From Microthyrium microscopicum (taxonomy: Eukaryota), in the NCBI GenBank assembly GCA_010405405.1, contig MU004239.1, positions 248,001 to 312,000 of the forward strand: DNA of 64,000 nt, written 5' to 3'. The notes beneath the pieces are model-generated. The model ran no database searches and was not told the origin of the DNA. It saw nothing but the letters and a program-made list of their open reading frames with translations. Shown here piece by piece: positions 23,818 to 35,853 of this stretch (position 1 is the stretch's first letter; every line of letters starts with the position of its first letter). Position numbers and translations under genes: made by a program.

Positions 23818-25143
23818 ATGAACTCAATCAAGTTCTCCTCTGATGAGCTCGCTGAGTGGGCAGTGCTCCGAGCAAACATGCAACGAGCAGCTCGCCGCCA
23901 GCGAGTCCAGGTCATTCGACCTGCAACCCCCCTCATCCTCTCCTCTGAGGATGTGGTTGATACCCCATACACCCCACTCCCAAACTACACGGAGTGGGAT
24001 GCACAAAACCGGGGCCCGGTAAGACCACAAACTCCATCCCCAACCCCACCACCTCGCCATGGCTTGGTCCGAAGGCTAACGAACATCTTCAGACGCCGAA
24101 GAGCCACTACACCAGACGAAGAGCAGGGTTCACATCTCGATGCGAACCAGGCTTTGGTCTGGGCACGCCATGCAACTCGACCAGTTACCGCTCCAGAGCA
24201 AGCGCGGGAATCTTCATCGGATTCCAGTGACAGCGGTTCCACCTCGAGCCCTTCGGGTTCCGAATACTCGGACGACAGCTCTGTGGTGTCCGATTCTGTC
24301 TTCTCTGGCTTTGATGGGACATGGGCCGATCCAGATGATAGCCCAATGACCCCTGAGCTTCCTCGAGGTTGCACAAACAATAAACCCTTCCTCACAGAGG
24401 CCGAGTTTGCAGAGTACTTCACTGAAGACTTTGTGATCGAGCTCTGTGACCTGTACTTCCCCACAGATGTCACTGAGGATGTTGTCTCTGAAGCCGATGC
24501 TGATGAGGACCGTGACTACGACCAATATGATGGTCTAGTCCGCCTCTTCACCGTCAGCGCCCTTCCACGCATAGTCACTGCGCTCCCTATGGTCCTGCCC
24601 TTCGTATGGCGCACACCGGTCATCCCTAGTTGTCCAGTCAGTGCTGGCACCGAGTGGTTGACAATGCCAAAGATCGGGGACTATCTCTCCGCCGCCAACG
24701 ACGACCGAGACATGCGGACATTCTTCAACTCAGCCAGCAGTGCCAGCTTCTCTGACGTCTCCATGTCACCCATGTCCCCAGAGATCTCACGGTCTCAACC
24801 TCCTCCACAAAAGTCCCCTCCCCAAACCACCCTCCCAAGACGGTGGTCTGCACCAGCCGCTCTGCAAACAACACCAACATCCCCCCGTCCGCGCCTCATA
24901 TCTTTCGCACCCCTCCCCCCAGCCCCAGACCACAACCCGCTGGCCCGCCGTCTTCCATCGGCCTACAGCGCGCAGCAGCAACGGCGGGCAAAGCGGGCGA
25001 TCCGGACAGCAGCAGCTGGAGACGCAATCCGCGCAGACTGGGATCGCCAATTGGCGCAGAATCGTGCTCGGAAAGTAGAGCGGATGCGACGAAGAGAGTG
25101 GCCGCTATGGAAAAGGGTGGTGTGCTGTACTGCTTTAAGGTAA
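23818..25143 (+). CDS. Hypothetical low-complexity Pro/Ser/Arg-rich protein (441 aa)
   Basis: Long intronless ATG-started ORF with a T-rich 3' flank; no recognisable domain. Confidence 0.65.
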   Translation: MNSIKFSSDELAEWAVLRANMQRAARRQRVQVIRPATPLILSSEDVVDTPYTPLPNYTEWDAQNRGPVRPQTPSPTPPPRHGLVRRLTNIFRRRRATTPDEEQGSHLDANQALVWARHATRPVTAPEQARESSSDSSDSGSTSSPSGSEYSDDSSVVSDSVFSGFDGTWADPDDSPMTPELPRGCTNNKPFLTEAEFAEYFTEDFVIELCDLYFPTDVTEDVVSEADADEDRDYDQYDGLVRLFTVSALPRIVTALPMVLPFVWRTPVIPSCPVSAGTEWLTMPKIGDYLSAANDDRDMRTFFNSASSASFSDVSMSPMSPEISRSQPPPQKSPPQTTLPRRWSAPAALQTTPTSPRPRLISFAPLPPAPDHNPLARRLPSAYSAQQQRRAKRAIRTAAAGDAIRADWDRQLAQNRARKVERMRRREWPLWKRVVCCTALR

Positions 25144-25488
25144 ATAGTACCTTTGACGCTCGCTTTGCTTTTCCTTTTGTAAGTAAAATAGAATTTCTTT
25201 TTCTGAGAATATTTGTGCCTTTGATTTTTTTTCATGTGATGGGTTTCTAGTGATATTGGGTAGGACGTACCTTGGTAACGATTCCTTGAGAGGTCGATAT
25301 AGGATAGGATGTCGTGAGATATGCATCTGTTGGAAGGCGGGTACGCTTTACCCAGCTCGAGAAGTTAGGAGTAGAATAACTCTAGCAAGTACGAAACGTT
25401 GTCCAATAGGAAAATTCTCATTGCTGATTTGGATATCAATCATCCAGGGGTATTCTACATGTATACAAAAACACTCAAGTCACAGCCT

Positions 25489-28356
25489 CTACAAGGCAGA
25501 CAGTTTCTTCAAAACACTCAACAATCCTAGAAAAGGTTAGCAAATCTTTACTCTTGTAATGATCTCGTAATATCCTGAACTTACCACTCGTACCCTGCGT
25601 CAACGTCGCTGCCGCCTCCGTATTTCGCTTTCCAAGACTGACCGTCGTAACATCGCGCACAACACCACTAACACCAAGCTTGTTCGCCCACTTGAATGCA
25701 CTCTCATCCTCACGATCATCGCCTGCGACGAAAAGGAAGTCAATATCGCCGTCCGCTTTCGCTTTGTCCTCGCCATCCACCTCCTTGCGTAGACCGTCAA
25801 AGACCCAAGCCGCGGCTGATGCCTTTGTCCAATCCAGTGGCTCAATAAGCACACCGTTCTTGATCGGCACAGCATGGATGCGATGGCTGGAGCACGCAGC
25901 ATCAATATGGTTCGCACAGTCGCCCGCCTGGCGCTGCGCGGATTCCATGTCTTCGGGCTTGACGTCGTCGTAGCGAAAGATGAGACTGCAGTTCTTTTCT
26001 TCGACGCGCGAGCCTGCGATACGTTCGTGGTAGTATTGGAGGATTTGTTTGACGTTTTCTTTCCATTCTAGCATGGCGGCCTTTTGTGGGAACATTGTCC
26101 ATTGGTCTTTTGCAAAGGGTCGTACGAAGCAGCCGTTCTCGGCGATGAGGCCGACGTTGGGGAGATAGTTGAATGCACGAGATAGTTCTTCTGGCGTGCG
26201 GCCAGACATCACGTAGACGAGATTACCCGGGATGCTGGAGAGTTTAGTTAAAGTTTCGATTACGCGGTATGGATTGTTCAAATGGACATGCTGAGGGTTG
26301 GAGATGTTGGCCAATGTGCCATCGTAGTCCAGCAAGAAGAGACGGTTGCGGGCTTCGCGGTATTTGTTCGTCAACCCAGCAATGTTTAGTCTTGGAATAG
26401 CTGACATCTCGCGTTGTTGGTGTTCGGCGTGGAACTTATTGAGATCGTCAATGAGCTCTTTGACCCATACTCCGCCAGTCTGGTTGAGAACGATGCCACG
26501 TAGTTGGTTATAACGACGTTCCTTTTCTTCCACTGGCATCTCGAGGGCAACCTTGATTGCTTGTGCACAGGTTTTGTAATCCCAGGGATTGACAGCTAGA
26601 TCCCCGCCTTGGAAGACTGAGCTTGAACCTGTAAACTCGGACAAGATGACAGGTCCATGTTTCTTGTCCGACATGGAGCCGTCTTGACAGAGAATGTATT
26701 CGTGGCAGGTCAGGTTCATGCCCTCGCGTAGACTTGTGATCATGAGCACATCAGCTACGGAGAGCAGGGCAAGGTACTGCGAGAATGGAATGTCTTGTCT
26801 TAGAAAGACTAGAGGTTGATGAGCAAGTGTGCTGTGCTGGGAGTCAATTCGATTAACAATTTCAGAAACGACATCGGTGAGCTGTGGATTATCGGGAGTC
26901 GAGGTGGCCACCTGGATCAACACAACATCCTCCTTGTATTCTGGATATTTGTTGAGGAACAATTCGAAAGCCAGCAGCTTTTGTCGAACGCCTCTAACGT
27001 GGTCGAGCTTGTCTCGTGCGGCAATGATTTTCTTGCCCTTGTATCGTTCTTTCATGGTGGCAATCCATTCGGCAACCTCTTCCATTTGACGAGCGTCGGA
27101 AAAGCCTTTGGGATCCACTCCGATTGGGGTAGAGACGACGTTGATGAATCGATCTTCTAGCTGAATGCCGTTTTCCATGGCTTCCACTACAAGCAAGCGG
27201 CTGCATGTAGTCAGGAAATGTTCTTCGTACTCGGGGCATTGGAATGCGATGAGGTTAGCACCGAGCATTCCTTCGAGTAGTTCCTTTCGAACCGAGAGAC
27301 AGCGGAACACTTCGGAGGATGGGAAAGCAGTGTGCAGAAAGAATCCAATTTTAGCATCCGGAAGCTTTTGGCGAACCATGTTTGGAACAAGCAGCAGGTG
27401 ATAGTCGTGAATCCAGATCATGTCCCCGCGTTTATAGCTAGCGACGATCTTGTCGGCAAATGCTTGATTCACTTTAACGTAGAAACCATATGAATGATCC
27501 TCATACGCTTTGCTCTTTGGATGATCTGGAATTTGATAATGGAAGACAGGCCAGAGGATGGTCTTGCAAAAGTGAGTGTAGTGTCCATCGAAATCGCTAT
27601 CGCTGACAAAAACTACCAGAGATTGTAGTTCTTCAGAGTCAAACTTTTCGCAAATGTCATTCTTGACATTTTCTTCCAGAGAATCGGTAGGGAATCCAAG
27701 AGTGCCCATCCAAATAATGTCATCACCAACCGTGTTATCTCGCTCGGCAGCTTTGATAGCATTGGCTAGGCCACCATTGCCTTGCTCGGCAGGTTCAACA
27801 GTCCATTCGGAGCCCCAGTACTTTCCTCTTTGACCGCTTGTAGATCGAGAAGCATTTGATTTTCTGGCACTTGGAGTTGGACTTCGCTTCTTTCGAGGAG
27901 CTCCAATTCCCACACCATTGTTCAGGCCAAGAAGATCCTGGCCTGGCTGAGCAGCGTAGTGGCCAAGTAGAGTTCGTGGTGGCAGCTCTTGAGCGCGACT
28001 AGGAGGGTGATTGAAGAGTAATCCGGCACCCCAATCAGCGACATGAGCATCACTTCGCATCAATGTTCGAGGGTCGTGTGGCTTGACGAAGTGAGTAGCC
28101 GCCTTGGGCTGATTTTGGGCGAAGAAAGCAGCTTCATCGGCGGTGATGCCTGGAGTCTTTGCAGGAATTGGTTGGGTCTTTTCTAAGAGGGAGAGGCGTC
28201 GTTCGGGGTCACCAAAGTAGTCTTCTGCTCGACTTTGCTGACTAGGAGACTCTGGGACCTGGAAGTCTATACATGTGTTAGCTTTGCAAGGCAGAGTATT
28301 TGGAGCTTCGTACCCAGGGTATAGGGTAGGAACAGGCTAACAACGTGAACCACCAT
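25489..28356 (-). CDS. TPS3: Trehalose-6-phosphate synthase complex regulatory-type subunit (Tps3/Tsl1/TslA-like); short 5' intron and 3' intron 25527-25584
   Basis: MVVHVVSLFLPYT start, GT20 domain (ILWPVFHYQIPDHPKSKAYEDH, WIHDYHL, GFFLHTAFPSSE, REGMNL, LSEFTG) followed by a HAD phosphatase domain. Confidence 0.9.
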
Positions 28357-29440
28357 GTTTACGGCGATAGCTTAGGCTGAAAGGGTTTTTGTGATAAGAG
28401 GTAGAGGTGAAGAGGAAACGAAGGTGGAAAACAGGAGCCCGAGGCCGGGCAAGGAGGTTTGATGAGTTATTGGCAAGGCGAAGAGAGAGTGAGTGGTGTA
28501 GGAAATTGACAGGTCCGCGGACTTGGGAAGGCGAGGTAGCACTTCCAATCAAAGGTTTGAAGCCTGGTACTTGGTACTTGGTACTTGGGTAGTTAATAGT
28601 TGGTAGTTGGCAGTTGACAAGTAGTGAGAGTAGTAGGAGGAGCACAGATGGTGGGCATTCGTCATGCCCAAGTACCAATGCACAACGCAATGTGATTGTA
28701 GGAAGCTCGGGCTCGCCAGGAACACTGTATCCTTGATATAGAGCAAGAGTTGGCAAGCAATTACGGTAAGCAAGTCTGAAGCAAGCGCAAAATATCACTC
28801 AAAACACCAAAAGTTGGCAGGAAACACGGGCTGGTAAAAAGCTACAAAACATGTGGCATTCTGGCACTAAACAAGTCCCTCTGCTTCTCACCGTATTCTT
28901 GTAGATTCTAGAAGACATATCCTTGTAAACTATCGACGTCATACTACCACATTGGCCAATTGAAATCCAAGTTTAACCTGCCAAAACATTGGCCATTTCC
29001 CATTGGTCGAATTGTATCTATTTTCAATCCTAGCTACCAGATTCTTTATACAATTTCGTCTATATGGCATACTATTTAAATGCTCTTTGCCCTTTGCCAT
29101 ACTTGTTCTAATTGTTATTACGTATTAAGAATAGGCAGTTCACCACTGTCTGTCAAACCACCCCTACCACGTGTTCGTCACAATGATCGCCCACATGCCT
29201 GTAAGGCTGTAACATATGCCCAACGACTACATATTGCTCCGAGGCAAAGAATTCTCATCACGATGCACTCGAATGACATTTAATTCATCCCACGTCATAC
29301 CGCTACTTGCTTCTTAAACATTGCCCTGATGATGTTGATCGCAACCAACCGCTCTGGACTTATTTGCGACATATATCGAATTTCTGTATTTGCCAGCTAG
29401 GATCAAGGCGTGGGCAACCTGCATAAGTCTGAGTACTTTC

Positions 29441-30883
29441 TCAGGCCTCTGCCGCAGAATTGGCGTCCACGGAGGCAAGATCAGGCTTCTTGAATCGAGC
29501 CTGCATCCAGCACCGATACATCTTCAGCCTTCGTTGTCGATTCACCAACATCCGCCGATCAACTCCAAAATTGACCACCTCAAACCTCTCTTCTGTCCGC
29601 TCTTTTACCGACAAGCGATCCATTGCAGCGTCTAGCGCATCTCCTTCCCGGCCTTCCGATGCTTCCGCTCCTTCATTGCGTGTGCCCGTCCACAGCCGCC
29701 TCAATTCCTCCTCGTCAAAGAAGTAAACTCGCGTCCCATCGCCTCGCACGTAAAAGTTCTCTTCCATATATCTTCCCTTCTTGAACCGCACCTGTGCCAG
29801 ATCTCCCCTCCCATAATCTCGAAAGAGCACTTGTCCACCTGGCTTCAAACATGCCCATACGTTCTTCACCGCCTGCGCCCATTGTGACGGTGCGAGTGCA
29901 CTGAATATGAATATGAGAACTACAACGTCTACGGTACCTGGCTCTATGCCTTCTGGTAGGGTCGCCTTCTCAGTCTCTGGGTGGGGTGGTGCGGCAATGT
30001 CCCAGACCGACGCGTGTAGTGTGCCTAGCATATTCTCCGCATTATAGTCCGGGGATTTCTGGATGACTTCGACGGCTTTCTTGGAAAAGTCGCAAGCGTG
30101 CAGCGTTAGACCAGGGTTCTGGTTCAGCTTCATGACTGGGAAAGCAGTATTGCCAGCACCAGCGCCGACTTCTAGTATGACCGACGGGGCCGCATCGGCT
30201 TTTGAGAGGTCTGAGAGGATAGGAAATTCTTGATGCAGCCATTTGCGATCTTTAAAGAAATTGGCGTTGTTATTCGAGTAGAATTTATTCCACCACCGTT
30301 CAGGGGTTTCGTTGAATCGCTCTGTGTGCGCAGGTCTCATTAGCATTTCGAGATTCCTTCGTAGAGATTTGATGAGACTAGTAAAACAGACGCCCAGCAC
30401 TCACATACTCTTGTCAAACTCGCTCACTGGCTCACTCCGTTGCTTAGCATACATATCTTCAGCAAACACCCTATACGTTTCATCCGTTTCCACATGATCC
30501 CACGCATTATAAGAGAAGATATCATCTCCTTCTTCTAGATATCGCGAGCCAAACTGGAATGGATCGCTGCGTTTCTCGGGGTTCTGGGATGAATCTGTTC
30601 GAGGTTTACGCACTGGGTGGATATAGCCTGGCATGCCGTATGTGGTAGGCTCTTGCGCTTCTGGAAGGGAAGAGGTGGAGGTGTCTTCGAAGGTAGAGGG
30701 AGTGGAGGCGCTTGGTATGGATTCATTCGGAGAATCAGTAGAAGGAGGTGGTGCCAATGGGGTCGAGGGAAGAGGAACGGCGACGGCATATCGTATGTGC
30801 TCCATGGCGGTCGAGAGCTGTTTCCGCTTGCCTGTGGATGGGTTAGGAGGGAGGGGAGGGAGTGCTGATGCGATGTCGTCCAT
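29441..30883 (-). CDS. TRM140: tRNA m3C32 methyltransferase (Trm140/Abp140/METTL2-6 family); intron 30322-30408
   Basis: FGSRYL..NAWDHVE, WWNKFY..NFFKDRKWL..EFP, LEVGAGAGN, IFIFSAL, FRDYGRGDLAQVRF, YVRGDGTRVYFF, MYRCWMQ. Confidence 0.92.
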
Positions 30884-32301
30884 AATGTACAGAAAATAGC
30901 GATCTTGTTACTTGGCAACTGAAGGTTTTGGTAATTTGCAATGTCTACCGAATCAAGCCCGCAGTCGGCGCTGTGTATCAAAGTCGTGGGATGAAATAAT
31001 TGAAATTCGAATAATGCGCTAACTTTGATAAGATGCTTTTGATAAGATTTGCCTCTAGCTGTATATGGACTAGTTCAACAAATTTCAGCCTTATGGTTCA
31101 ACCAACATGATACTGGGAATTATGATCACGGAGCTGAGTTTTTGGAAGCGTTAGAAGTCTCTGTCTTTAGCTTTGAGATCCGCCTGCAGGAAAGAATCAC
31201 TGTCAGTGACAGAGTAGCACGCTCATCGTCTGTCTATCAGAAACAAAACACGTAGGTACCTAGAGAGTGGCCAGACTGATTTACATGCAGAAGGACTACA
31301 TCTCTAGTGTCCGTTGAAAAAGCCACTATAAAAGCTAGCTGTTTTTTTTTGCAACGCAAATTCGTACATTTCATGATGACACTATCTTGAATCTCAAGTG
31401 GTGACAAAACATACACGTGGATATTGTCCTTTTTGTCCATGAACTACGAGCCTAGCCACCTAGGTCGTACCTGTGGAACATTTTTTTAGTGGGTAGTACG
31501 CACATGAGAAAGTAAGTCAACTATTCGAGACATCTGGTCAAGGGCAGGTGATGTTCTCATTGACTGTGGTTTGGGTGCTGAAGAGAGGGGAGCCAAATGC
31601 TATCACAAAAAGTCGCACTCAAGACTCCAAGAATGTGATATATTTCAGGGTTTTGCAGATCACTCCTATGAATATGTTTTTCCGACTTAAGTCACATGTG
31701 CAACAGACATTTATGGACCGCGGCTTGCTTGAACAATGGAAAAGTTAACAACCAGTGACTAACGCAAGTGCGGTGAAGATACTCTAGTCTTCCAAGGTTA
31801 TTTCATTGTATATCAGTCGCATTATAGGTTACACAATTCAGTTTCTTATCGCTGTGCTGAGCCAAATTAGAGTACAGGCACAAAGGATCATGCAATCGCC
31901 TTGAGGAAATGTGTCCGATTCCACAGTCGTGGAGAAACACCTCATATTCGGATCAAATGCGCGTGAAATCAACAGATATGAGATATCTCAGGGAAGTCAC
32001 GACCAGAAAATGTGATCTAGGCCGTTCCTCAAGGGAGATCGCGACTTCCCAATCCGGTGAAAACTCAAGCTTTGACATAGGAAGCACGGTAGTTCTTGCC
32101 TCTTAATGCTAGCGTTACTGTTACCTGTTACAGCCGACCTAATCTCTCTTCTTATTACAGCTGACCATTCGTTTGCAACCATTGTGACATTTGTGGAATG
32201 GCATGAAAAGAAGACGTCCATACGGAAAACAAGTACACAATCGCCGTTTCAAACCTCACTGAAGTCTCACTGAAGCTGCAACTTCAATCTTTCTTCTGAA
32301 C

Positions 32302-34391
32302 ATGGCAGAATATATGGCAAATCACCGAGACTTTGATGCTGTCGACCACTTACCCGCCGAGGAGTATGATGAGAAGAACACGCGACGACTCTTGAGAAAG
32401 GTTGACTTGAATCTCATTCCACTTCTCAGTCTGCTCTACTTGTATGAGCCCTCTTCCTCTCTCTGCTTACCCCTATTGACAAAGGCATAGCCTATCTTTC
32501 CTCGATCGAAGCAACATTGGCAACGCTAGACTCGCCAATTTGGAGAGAGACCTGCACATGTCAGGCCTAAACTACAACGTGCGCAATACTTACTTAACAA
32601 TGACAAGGCACTAACTTGACAGAATGCGCTAGCCATATTCTTCCCCTTCTACGTAGCCGCAGAGATCCCATCAAATCTCATGATGCAGGTACTATTGCCC
32701 CTTCTCCAACCCGCTCTTCCTAAACCCATGGCGTAAATCCATGCTAATCATGACAGGCCACCCGCCCATCCAGATGGATCCCATCCATCATGGTCGTTTG
32801 GGGCTTGATGTGTATTATCATGGGCTTCGTCAAGTCCTACGCTGGTCTCATGGCCGTACGCGCTGCACTTGGCCTCGCAGAAGGTGGTCTGTTTCCAGGA
32901 ATCACCTTCTACTTGACTTTATGGTACTGTCGCCATGAGACTGGTTTGCGCATGTCGTTGTTCTTTTCTGCGGCGACTCTGGCTGGAGCGTTCGGAGGAT
33001 TGCTGGCGAGGGCGATCATGCTGATTGATGGGAAGGGAGGGTTGGCGAGTTGGCAGTGGATCTTTGTCATTGAGGGGATTGCTACTGTGATTATTGGTAT
33101 GGTTCCGAGGGTGGTGGTTTGCTGGGACGTTGACTAATTCTGATAGCTACGGTGGCTTTTTTCGTCATGAAGTGAGTCTCCCCGTGCGGCGACATCCTCG
33201 TTTTGATTGATCGCATTCTATCGAGTGTCACTATGGAGCAGTATCAAGGGCATCGCGGCTGATGTAAGGTGTCTGGTGCTTGTAAATGTACTGACAATGT
33301 CCAGTGACCTCCCAGAGACTGCCAGATTCTTGACTGAGCATGAGAAGATGGAAGTCGTGCGACGACGTAAGTTTCGTCCAGAAAACCTGGTCTCAAGTGG
33401 ACTTGCTTGAGATCTTTGATCTCAGTTCCTGGCGGTTCATACAAGCTATCCATCAAGCTAGCTGGTGTTGACAACAATCCGTACTGACAAGCCTCTAGTA
33501 CACGAAGATCATGGACCGAGCGACGAAAAGTTCTCAATGAAGTATATCTGGGACGCATTCAAGGTAAGTTTACAATCCTATTCTGCCTCACTTAGGCAGA
33601 TTATCCAATAGCCGCTGTATTCCGAGCCTGCTGATGAAATGGCCGGACTTGGTTTGCATGTCATGGAGCTTACCCAGTCGTTGTTCCAAATGGACGCAGA
33701 TTATGTACGATAAACGATCATCCAAGCTGACGATATCCAGGACTGGAAGATTTGGGCCTACTGCCTCGCAACAGTCGGCATCTTCACACCTCTCTACTGC
33801 ATCAGCCTCTTTCTCCCCACAATCGTAAAAGATCTAGGCTACACCAACAACAAAGCCCAATTAATGACCGTCCCACCCTACGTCTTTGCCTGTGCCTGCT
33901 GCATCTGCAATGGCTTTGTCGCCGACAAGATCCGCCAACGAGGCTTGCTAATCGCCGGATTTCTAGCTCTCGCGTGAGTATCACCTACACCCATCCATGC
34001 AAACTCTCCAACTAACCCTCATCCCAGTCTAACCGGCGCCATAATCCTCGCCGCCTCTCCCAACGCACACGTAAAGTACTTTGGCACCTTCTTCCTCGCA
34101 GGCGGCATCTACACCTGCGTGCCAGCCATCTGTGCGTGGAACGGCAACAACATCCAGCAGCGCTACAAGCGCAGTGTTGGCATGGCATTGCAGGGCGCTA
34201 TGGGGAATTTGGGAGGAATTATCAGTGCGTATATGTATCTTCCGAAGGATGGGCCACAGTATCATCGGGGTCATGGGGCGCTGTGTGGGGTCATTGGGGT
34301 GGCGTGTGTTACTAGTTTGTTTTTGACGTGGTGGTTTCGCAAGGAGAATAAGAGGGCGGGTATGGGTGGTGGATTTCGGTATACGGTGTGA
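32302..34391 (+). CDS. MFS transporter, anion:cation symporter/Dal5-Tna1 family; 9 exons (introns 32442-32490, 32579-32622, 32689-32756, 33097-33146, 33172-33304, 33367-33498, 33564-33740, 33974-34027)
   Basis: Spliced LLRKVDL, LSFLDRSNIGNARL, EIPSN, EGGLFPG..YLTLWY, LAGAFGGLLA, WQWIFVIEG, PETARFL, FLPTIV, GFRYTV; all exons splice in frame. Confidence 0.92.
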
Positions 34392-34624
34392 GAGATGGGT
34401 GATATGGGTGAGAATTTGGCGATTGATGGCGTGGATGGGGATGCAGATTGAGGTTATGAGTGGTTCATTCGAGCTCCGTTTGACGACTCAGGCTATATAA
34501 TTTGAGCTTGGAACTGGGCGATGGATCGGTAAGTAAATAGACTGCCAGCTGGAGTAATACCGGTACTATAGTTGAGTGAAAGGATCAGATTGAGACCAAA
34601 TACCATGCATATATCGAGCGGTGT

Positions 34625-35853
34625 TTAATTATCCCGTAAGAGATATTCAAGTATCTTCTCATACGCTATAGCCGCATCTTCAAGTTCCTTCACTTTCAGA
34701 TGCTCATTAGGCCCATGGCAGACTTGTATGCTACCCGGACCATACAGATACTGCTTATGCTTGCCCTCCAGATTCGGTATGTCGGTGCCATAATTGACTG
34801 ACACGGAGTCGAAATCTGGTATATCAGTGTCTATGCGAACAGGTCCGTAGCCTCTGTTGCTGAATGACACGGATAGATGACCTCCTTGGGCCTCTGTTTG
34901 GGACTTGATGGGTTTGAGTGCGTCTTGAACCAAGTCTCGTATGTGCTCAGGGGAACCAGACGCTATGCGAATCGAGATTTCCGCTGTGGCGCTTGCTGGG
35001 ACGACATTGTTGGCCACGCCGCCTTGAATCATGCCAAAGTTGATAGTGCTGTTTCCAAGCACCTTGTCTGCCGGCAATTCACCTTCCAATTTTTCTAAAG
35101 CGTTCAAGCAGTGCAGGAGAATTCTATTCGCATCAATGCCAAGCCAGGGATAGCCTGAGTGTGCTGCTTTGCCTTCAATGGAGAGGGTGAAGGACATCAT
35201 GCCTTTATGGCCGCTGGCAAGTCTGCCTTCCGTTGGCTCGCCAAAGAGGACGGCGGAGTAGTTTGAAGGCGCGTTCGCAGAGAAATACTTCATTCCTGTG
35301 CCACTGACTTCTTCACCAACAACGTAGAGTAGGGATAGAGATTTTGTAGACTTTGTTGTTTGCAAGAGGCGTAATGACGCGATGATTTGGGCGGCGACGC
35401 ATGCTTTTGCATCCACAGAACCTCGTCCCCAAATCGAGCCATTGTGGATGGAATATGGGATATATGGAGGGACCTGTAGCGATTTAGATCATGAAGAATG
35501 GGACGAGCCTGTACGGATTATTGGCTTACAGTGTCAATGTGGCTGGTGACGAGAATATCAGTTTTGTTGGAATTTACATAGGCCAAGATATTAAGTCTAT
35601 CTTTGGTCACATATTGTTTTTGGACTTGGAAACCATGCATTACTAGGTACGAGGCGAGCCAGTCTCCAATAGCTTGTTCATTGCCGGATATGGATTCAAT
35701 CTCGATCAATCGGCGATGTAAAGACAATAGCTCTGTATTGGAGGTAGAGGATGCGGGCAGGGATGGTCGGGTTAGTAGTGGGAGTTGGGTAGCGAGACAG
35801 GTAATTGCGGATGTTAGTAGTAAGCATAGCGATAGAGATTGAGAACGCTTCAT
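34625..35853 (-). CDS. M20 family metallopeptidase / acetylornithine deacetylase-like with signal peptide; intron 35474-35529
   Basis: IESISGNE, TSHIDT|VPP, GRGSVDAK, VGEE, GEPT, GKAAHSGYPWLG, YGPGSI..HGPNE. Confidence 0.92.

Noticed and set aside
28560..28625. GGTACTT x3 and GTAGTTG-like repeats upstream of TPS3
   Set aside because: Ordinary simple repeats in a leader or promoter; no spacers or further structure.
29441..30883. Programmed +1 frameshift as in yeast ABP140
   Set aside because: The frame change is fully explained by a canonical intron at 30322-30408.
33367..33498. TPP riboswitch in a transporter intron
   Set aside because: Lacks the CUGAGA and UGAU..GGAUAAU.CCAGCG consensus arrangement.
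33625..33700. CTGATGA in an MFS intron as a hammerhead ribozyme core
   Set aside because: No stem II followed by GAAA and no closing stems.
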